Positions 58,646 to 64,000 of a stretch of 64,000 bases of DNA are shown piece by piece. Source of the DNA: an uncultured bacterium. GTDB lineage: Bacteria; Oederibacteriota; Oederibacteriia; Oederibacteriales; Oederibacteriaceae. The stretch spans positions 704,001-768,000 of the forward strand of contig OZ218778.1 of the NCBI GenBank assembly GCA_965112635.1, in the 5' to 3' direction. Made by a program: the position numbers and the translations under genes. Below the pieces are notes generated by a model that saw only the letters and a list, made by a program, of their open reading frames with translations, made no database searches and had not been told where the DNA came from. Each line of letters opens with the position of its first letter. Positions within the stretch are counted from its first letter, which is position 1.

Positions 58646-59062
58646 CTAAATGTCAAAATAGACCTGGATCCTCCAGCCGCCGCTCTTGGGCTGTTCGATC
58701 TTGAGCCGGTGATAGGTGACCCCTTTGACTTCGCGCTTGATGCGGTGGCTCTTGTCCCGTTCTTCGCCGTAGACCACGGCTTCGAGCAGGCGCTTGGTGC
58801 AGGTCTTGACCAGCACGCGCTTGGCCAGGAAGTTATTGACCTCGAAGCGGTACAGGAGGTCGTCCAGGAAATTGAACAAAAGCTCCTCGTGGTTGTTGCC
58901 CTGGAACCTGACCTCCAGGGTCTCCAGTTCCTCGACGCCGGTCAGGTCCGAGATGAACGAGAACATCCCCAAAGCGGTAGAGCCGATGGCCTCTTCCAAA
59001 GTTTCCCCTGTGGCCAGGATACCCACATCGGCGGTATGTTCCACGAACTTAAAAGGCACCAC
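58646..59062 (-). CDS. archease
   Basis: EHTADVG N-terminal motif; EVKGVTYH; terminal FDI. Confidence 0.9.
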   Translation of the reverse strand: MVPFKFVEHTADVGILATGETLEEAIGSTALGMFSFISDLTGVEELETLEVRFQGNNHEELLFNFLDDLLYRFEVNNFLAKRVLVKTCTKRLLEAVVYGEERDKSHRIKREVKGVTYHRLKIEQPKSGGWRIQVYFDI

Positions 59063-59145
59063 GCAAAAACCTCTCTTCTCCTTGATAGCCCGGCGGCCTG
59101 ATGGGCCTGGGACAAAAAAACCGGGGTATTACGACCGGGAAACCC

Positions 59146-61785
59146 TCAGGCCCCCGCGTCTTCCTGGCTGATGTTCTTGAGCCTGAACTCCTGCTGCAGG
59201 TCGTCCTTGGACGGACCATCGTCTGGGACGGCCTCTCCCTTAGCTTTCCCCTGGACGGTCTTGGGGAAGACCAGGGCGAACACATTGCCCTTGTCCACCT
59301 CGGTGTAGATCTTGAGCTGGGCATGATGGCCTTCCATCACTTTTTTCATGAGCGGGAAACGCACCCCGGATGAGGCGGCCACGCTGCCGAGGAAAGAATC
59401 CGGCCCGTGGAAATCGCTGAACAGTTTTTCGATCTGGCCCGCGGTCAGGAGCCGTCCCTGGTCCGTGACCTTGAAGGTCACGTCGTTCCTGCCCTCCAAA
59501 ACCTCCAGGGAAACCGTGGAATTGGACGGCGAGTTCTTGATGGCCGCGCCCATAAGGGTCAGCAGGGCCTGCTTGACCCGCTGCTCGTCGATGACCAGGG
59601 ACACGGATTCGGAGGAATACAGCGCTTTGACCGCGATATTGAGCTCTTCGGCCTGGGACTGAACGGTCATGACGCAATCCTTGACCAGCTTGACAAAATT
59701 GACGGACGCGCGGTTGAGGTTGACCTCCCCGCCCTCGATCTTGGAGAACTCCAAAAGGTCCGCCAGCAGCCTTTCCAGCCTCGCGCTGCGGTGGACTAGG
59801 TTGCCCAAAAATTCCTGCTGGCTCTCGGTCAGGGGGTCCGGGCTGGAGAGGCTCTTGGCGATGTATTCTTTTATCCCGTTGAGGCAGACCTGCCAGTCCG
59901 CGGCCAGGTTGGACACGGCCTCGCGCTGGATCCTGGCGCTCTGCAGGGACCGCTGCGCTTCCGTGACCTTGTCCTCTTTGACCCGGTCGGCTTTTTGGAC
60001 ATCTTTGGTCATCTCGTCGTACTGCAGGGCGCTGCGTAACCAGGGCCCCAGCTTGGGCAGCAGGCCTTCCAGATGGTCGATGGTGTCCTGGGACAGGGTG
60101 TCGCGGGTCCGGAAATTGTCCGCCAGCATGACGCCCAAAACTTCGTTCTCGTAGATGAGGGGCACGGCGATAAACGCCTGGGTCTCTTCCAGGACCAAAA
60201 GCTCTCCCTTGCCCACGCGCGAATCCCGCAGGACATCCTGGATATTATAGGAAGCGCGCTGGAGGACCGAACGGGCGGCGATGCTGCCGTTGGGCACGAC
60301 CGGGATCTCCAGGCCCGCGACCGCGGCCGGGATATCCTGAGTGCCGACCCCGCGTTTAAGGATGGCGGGACCGTCGCTGGATTCCTGTCTGAGGAAAAAG
60401 CAGGCCCGGTCCAGCTTGAGCTCCCGGCAGATGATGGCAAGGGCGATCTTGCAGCCCTCTTTGTAACCGGGGGTCTTTTGGGCGGAGATATAAAGTTCGG
60501 GGAGGAGGAACTGTTCGGCCGAGCGTTTTTTGAGCTCCTGGAACTCGGCTTCCAGCCGGGTCAGGGCTTCGGTCTTTTGGGTGAGCATCTCGTCCACCCA
60601 CTCTTTTTCTTCCTGGGACTGTTTGAGGGATCTCCGGAGCCCCTCGGTCTTCTCTTCGGCCTGGGTGATGAGGCCCTGCAGGGTGGCGAACCCTTTGCCG
60701 ACAATGCCCGCTTCATCCTGTCTGCTGGCGTCAAAATCCGCCGTGAGCTCCCCCTCCGCCACGCGGGAAGCGCTCAAAAGAAGTTCGGTCCAGGGTTTGA
60801 GCCAGGCCACGATGAGGAAGCTGCCGATCAAGATGCACAGCACGGCCATGGCCAGGGGCAGCCAAACGGCCGGAGAGGCCCAAACCGACTCGTTGACCTC
60901 GGCGCTGGTCGGCACGAGGTAATCCTCGGCCGGGACGACCACGCCGACGCTCAGGCCCCGGCCTCCGACAGGCCCGTAAGCCACGATGCCGGACACGAGC
61001 TTGGAGGCCGCAATGCCGTGTCCCCGTTCCCCGGACACCATCTTGGTCACCATCTCGCTGAAGGAGGCGTCCTGGCTGTCTTTGACCCAGTTCTCTTTGA
61101 ACTGCTTTTCGGGGTCCTTGTGGAACAGGACGGTGCCGTCCCTGTCCAGGAGGACCGCGTAACCGGACTTGCCCAGGGTCACGCCCTCCAGGAAGCGGAA
61201 GAAGACCTGGAACTGCACGGACATGGTCAGGACGCCGCTCACTTTGCCTTCGGAATTATAGGTGGGGGCCGAAAAAAGGTAGACCGGCCCGTTGTCCTTG
61301 GTCTTTTGGTTGGTGGTCTGGACCTGCTGGCTGTCCTTGGCGGAGCGGAAATACTCTTTGTCGCTGTAGTCCTGGCCGATGGCTTTTTTGTCCTCCGGGA
61401 CCTGGTTGAAGACCACGCCGACCCGGTCCAGGACAACGATCTTGACGCAGCCGGGATGTTCGGTCAAATAGGCGGTCAAAAACTCTTTTTGGGCGTTGAT
61501 CTGGGAATGCCGGACATAGACTTGCCGGGCCAGGACCGCGGCCTCCCTGTCCCAGACCCTGAACTCCTGCTCCAGCGTCTTGCCCAGGGTTTCAGCCAGT
61601 TCCTGGCTGGCCGGGATGAGCAGGTCCTGGGCCTGCTGGCTTTCCTCACTGCGTTCCTTGATGAGCTCCTGGTTGAATTCCTCTTGTTTTAAGGTAAGTT
61701 CCTGCTGGATCTTCCAGGTGGCCAGGCCGACAGGCAAAAGCACCAGAAAGAACAGGACTATCAATAGTTTTGCCTTTAACCGCAT
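59146..61785 (-). CDS. Cache-HAMP-GAF sensor with degenerate histidine kinase module
   Basis: DYSDKEYF and LGKSGYAVLLD Cache motifs; DEAG HAMP; AVPLIYENEVLGV GAF; H-box reads SNLAADWQVCL with no His. Confidence 0.8.
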   Translation of the reverse strand: MRLKAKLLIVLFFLVLLPVGLATWKIQQELTLKQEEFNQELIKERSEESQQAQDLLIPASQELAETLGKTLEQEFRVWDREAAVLARQVYVRHSQINAQKEFLTAYLTEHPGCVKIVVLDRVGVVFNQVPEDKKAIGQDYSDKEYFRSAKDSQQVQTTNQKTKDNGPVYLFSAPTYNSEGKVSGVLTMSVQFQVFFRFLEGVTLGKSGYAVLLDRDGTVLFHKDPEKQFKENWVKDSQDASFSEMVTKMVSGERGHGIAASKLVSGIVAYGPVGGRGLSVGVVVPAEDYLVPTSAEVNESVWASPAVWLPLAMAVLCILIGSFLIVAWLKPWTELLLSASRVAEGELTADFDASRQDEAGIVGKGFATLQGLITQAEEKTEGLRRSLKQSQEEKEWVDEMLTQKTEALTRLEAEFQELKKRSAEQFLLPELYISAQKTPGYKEGCKIALAIICRELKLDRACFFLRQESSDGPAILKRGVGTQDIPAAVAGLEIPVVPNGSIAARSVLQRASYNIQDVLRDSRVGKGELLVLEETQAFIAVPLIYENEVLGVMLADNFRTRDTLSQDTIDHLEGLLPKLGPWLRSALQYDEMTKDVQKADRVKEDKVTEAQRSLQSARIQREAVSNLAADWQVCLNGIKEYIAKSLSSPDPLTESQQEFLGNLVHRSARLERLLADLLEFSKIEGGEVNLNRASVNFVKLVKDCVMTVQSQAEELNIAVKALYSSESVSLVIDEQRVKQALLTLMGAAIKNSPSNSTVSLEVLEGRNDVTFKVTDQGRLLTAGQIEKLFSDFHGPDSFLGSVAASSGVRFPLMKKVMEGHHAQLKIYTEVDKGNVFALVFPKTVQGKAKGEAVPDDGPSKDDLQQEFRLKNISQEDAGA

Positions 61786-61989
61786 AAAACTCCTTTAAAT
61801 TTCTATTTTCTTTCATCATAATACAAGGAATTATACGGGGGTGCAAGTCATTCTCCTGCTTTCAAAAGCGTGGCCAGGGGCGCTCTTTTTACGGCCGCCC
61901 CCAGCCGGTCTGTCCTGAAAAAATGGCAAAAATTGAAATTTTTTGGCTGAATCGTTTGTTGTATATAATGAAAGGCCTGATAAGAACTC

Positions 61990-62520
61990 ATGGCTCAAGA
62001 AAAACGGCAAGAAGGGCAAAAGCCGGTCTTTGAAAAAGAGGCCGTGGAATTATTGGACCTCATGTACGGGCTGGCTTTGAGGCTCTGCAGGAACCCAAGC
62101 CAGGCCGAGGACCTGGTGCACGATACTTACATCAAGGCCTGGCGTTATCAGGACAGTTTTCGGCTGGGAACGTCCCTTAAAGCGTGGCTTTTTTCGATCT
62201 TGAAGAACACGTTCCTGAACGAAATAAAAAGAGGCAAGTTCATCGACAGCCATGTCGTGATCGAGGACCTGCCCCTCAAGAGCCAGAACAAGGAATACGG
62301 GGACGACCAGTACAGCGACGAGGTCAAGCTGGCCCTGGACGCCTTGCCCAAGAAGCAAAGGATGGTCCTGCTCCTGGCCGACGTGGAAGAGTGGTCCTAT
62401 CAAGAGATCGGGCAGGCGCTGCAGTGCCCGAAGAACACGGTCGGCACCCTGCTCAAAAGGGCAAGGGATGCGATGAAAAAAATGATCCAGAAACAGGAAG
62501 GAAGAAAGGAAAGGCCATGA
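61990..62520 (+). CDS. ECF RNA polymerase sigma factor
   Basis: AEDLVHDTYIKAW, KAWLFSILKN, SYQEIGQAL...TV. Confidence 0.92.
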   Translation: MAQEKRQEGQKPVFEKEAVELLDLMYGLALRLCRNPSQAEDLVHDTYIKAWRYQDSFRLGTSLKAWLFSILKNTFLNEIKRGKFIDSHVVIEDLPLKSQNKEYGDDQYSDEVKLALDALPKKQRMVLLLADVEEWSYQEIGQALQCPKNTVGTLLKRARDAMKKMIQKQEGRKERP

Positions 62521-63008
62521 AACAGCACCTCCAAAGCGAACAGATCGACCGGCTGGCGTATGAAGCGTCGGCCAAGGTCAGTATTTTTCCTGAGACCAGC
62601 GTGGAAAAAACGCATCTAAAAACATGCGCCTCCTGCCGGTCCCTCGTGGAGGAAGCGCTGTTTTCCAAACAGCTTTTAAGATCTTTGCCGCGGGCCGAAA
62701 AGGCACCCCACAGGCTCCGGCTGGAGATCGAAAGAATGTTCCGTCATCAGGAACCGAGGCCGGGGCTGTTATCCCGACTCACCCAAGGGTGGTTGCTTAA
62801 CAGCCCCTGGGCCAAATCCGCCCTGGTCACCATCGGGATGTTCCTGGTCCTGGGCGGCGCTTACGTCTGGCACACCCAAGCCTCCCTCAAAAAAGACGCC
62901 GAGGACCCCCTTTCGCTGGAATGGGCCTTTGAACAGAACGACCAATCCGTCAATACCGACCTGACCCTGCTGACCGAAGAGCTCGAGGAGATGGCCAATG
63001 AAAAATAA
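62517..63008 (+). CDS. zinc-binding (ZAS) membrane anti-sigma factor
   Basis: HLKTCASC motif, single TM helix, ATGA overlap with the sigma gene. Confidence 0.85.
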   Translation: MKQHLQSEQIDRLAYEASAKVSIFPETSVEKTHLKTCASCRSLVEEALFSKQLLRSLPRAEKAPHRLRLEIERMFRHQEPRPGLLSRLTQGWLLNSPWAKSALVTIGMFLVLGGAYVWHTQASLKKDAEDPLSLEWAFEQNDQSVNTDLTLLTEELEEMANEK

Positions 63009-63735
63009 GCTCGCCACGGGCTTTGTTCTGCTATGCTGCGCGGGCTTCCTGCTTTTGCATCCGGCCTTCGGCCAGACGGTCACCGAGACCAGCGACCCTC
63101 TGACCAAAGAGATCAATTCGACCCGTCACGCTCTCCGCGACACCGAGATACAGCATCTGCAGCTTGAGATCAAAGAACTCGACCTGCGCATCAAAAGGCA
63201 GCAGGCCGCCCTTGTGAAGATCCAGCCCCAGGGCGACCCCGCCATGCAGACCCTGCTCCAGGAAAGCATCGCCGTGTCCCAGGAGACCCTGTCCACGGTC
63301 CAAAAGATCGAGTCCCTGACCGAACAGCTCCACCAGGCCCGGAAACAAAAAGAATACGCCAAAGGCGACCAGATCTACCACGAACTCAAAACCGTCAAGG
63401 AGACCTACTCGGAACAGCAGCTGGACGTCCTGGTCCTGCGCCAAAAGATCTACCTGGCCAGGCTCAAGGAAAATTTTGTGGGCCGCCTCCATGACCTGAA
63501 CGCCACGATCATCAAGGCCCAGCAGCTCAAAAACCCGACCGCGGTCCAATCGGCCGACGACGCCAAAAAACCTCTGGAGCAGGCCGTGAAGCTGGTCGAC
63601 GACCTCAACCTCCTGGTCCAGAAAATGCATGATGCCAAAGAGCAGGACAACGAGGAGACATTGGACAGCCTCGTGGAACAGGCTCAGGCCAAGAAAACAG
63701 CCCTGCAGGAGATCCAGAAAAAATTAAAGATGTAA
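62998..63735 (+). CDS. secreted coiled-coil hypothetical protein
   Basis: Signal peptide followed by heptad-rich helical sequence. Confidence 0.7.
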   Translation: MKNKLATGFVLLCCAGFLLLHPAFGQTVTETSDPLTKEINSTRHALRDTEIQHLQLEIKELDLRIKRQQAALVKIQPQGDPAMQTLLQESIAVSQETLSTVQKIESLTEQLHQARKQKEYAKGDQIYHELKTVKETYSEQQLDVLVLRQKIYLARLKENFVGRLHDLNATIIKAQQLKNPTAVQSADDAKKPLEQAVKLVDDLNLLVQKMHDAKEQDNEETLDSLVEQAQAKKTALQEIQKKLKM

Positions 63736-63817
63736 TCAAGGCAACCGCCCGCGGCCAAAAAGGCCGGGGCCAGGAATCATCAATTAAATAAACAAAAAGA
63801 CGGGGGGTGAATAAAAC

Positions 63818-64000
63818 ATGAAGAAACTTATCGCAGTTCTAATCGGAGCCACGATCCTGATGGGAGGTCTGACGATCGGATATACCGCTGACCCTTCCAC
63901 CGGAAACGGAACATCCGTGACCCAGCCCGATAAAGGAAAAGGCAAATGTTCTACTAAAAAGGGCAAGAAAAAACACCACAAAAAAGGCGGTTCCGTGGTG
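63818..64000 (+). CDS. secreted hypothetical protein, 5' part (runs off the window)
   Basis: MKKLIAVLIGATILMGG signal peptide after a GGGGGTG RBS; Lys-rich stretch. Confidence 0.6.
   Translation, partial: MKKLIAVLIGATILMGGLTIGYTADPSTGNGTSVTQPDKGKGKCSTKKGKKKHHKKGGSVV

Noticed and set aside
60073-61692. 539-aa + strand ORF, and similar long antisense ORFs over rseP, uppS, rmuC and proS
   Set aside because: Shadow frames caused by GC-rich codon bias; no recognisable motifs, and fully antisense to clear genes.

Overview
Bacterial chromosomal window, GC-rich and mostly minus-strand. The housekeeping core is rpsB-tsf-pyrH-frr-uppS-cdsA-dxr-rseP, plus rlmB, proS, cysS/cysE, ispF, pyk, serS, rtcB, archease, surE and ychF. 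Interleaved with it are carbohydrate genes (GH2, a frameshifted GH78, a beta-propeller GH), HEAT and Sel1 repeat proteins, two degenerate histidine kinases and an ECF sigma/anti-sigma locus. An accessory block at about 36-50 kb holds two small unannotated basic peptides, a duplicated ArsR module with diverged palindromic operators, a PIN toxin-antitoxin pair and an AT-rich putative defence operon. That operon runs PD-(D/E)XK nuclease, MazG-like protein, DUF2075 helicase fused to an S24 peptidase, HNH nuclease, a second DUF2075 helicase and DUF3800. The best candidate for an undescribed system is the DUF3800 gene facing a convergent ~76-nt hairpin RNA that has its own sigma70-type promoter and U-tract, at the end of that operon. 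Also notable are a 174-nt IS200/IS605-like palindromic element inserted in frame in a cupin gene, a mazEF-type cassette flanked by 24-bp direct repeats, and a dispersed 30-nt element with covarying stems. No CRISPR array, rRNA, tRNA or intact transposase/integrase was seen. All calls are by eye from motifs; no database searches were run.
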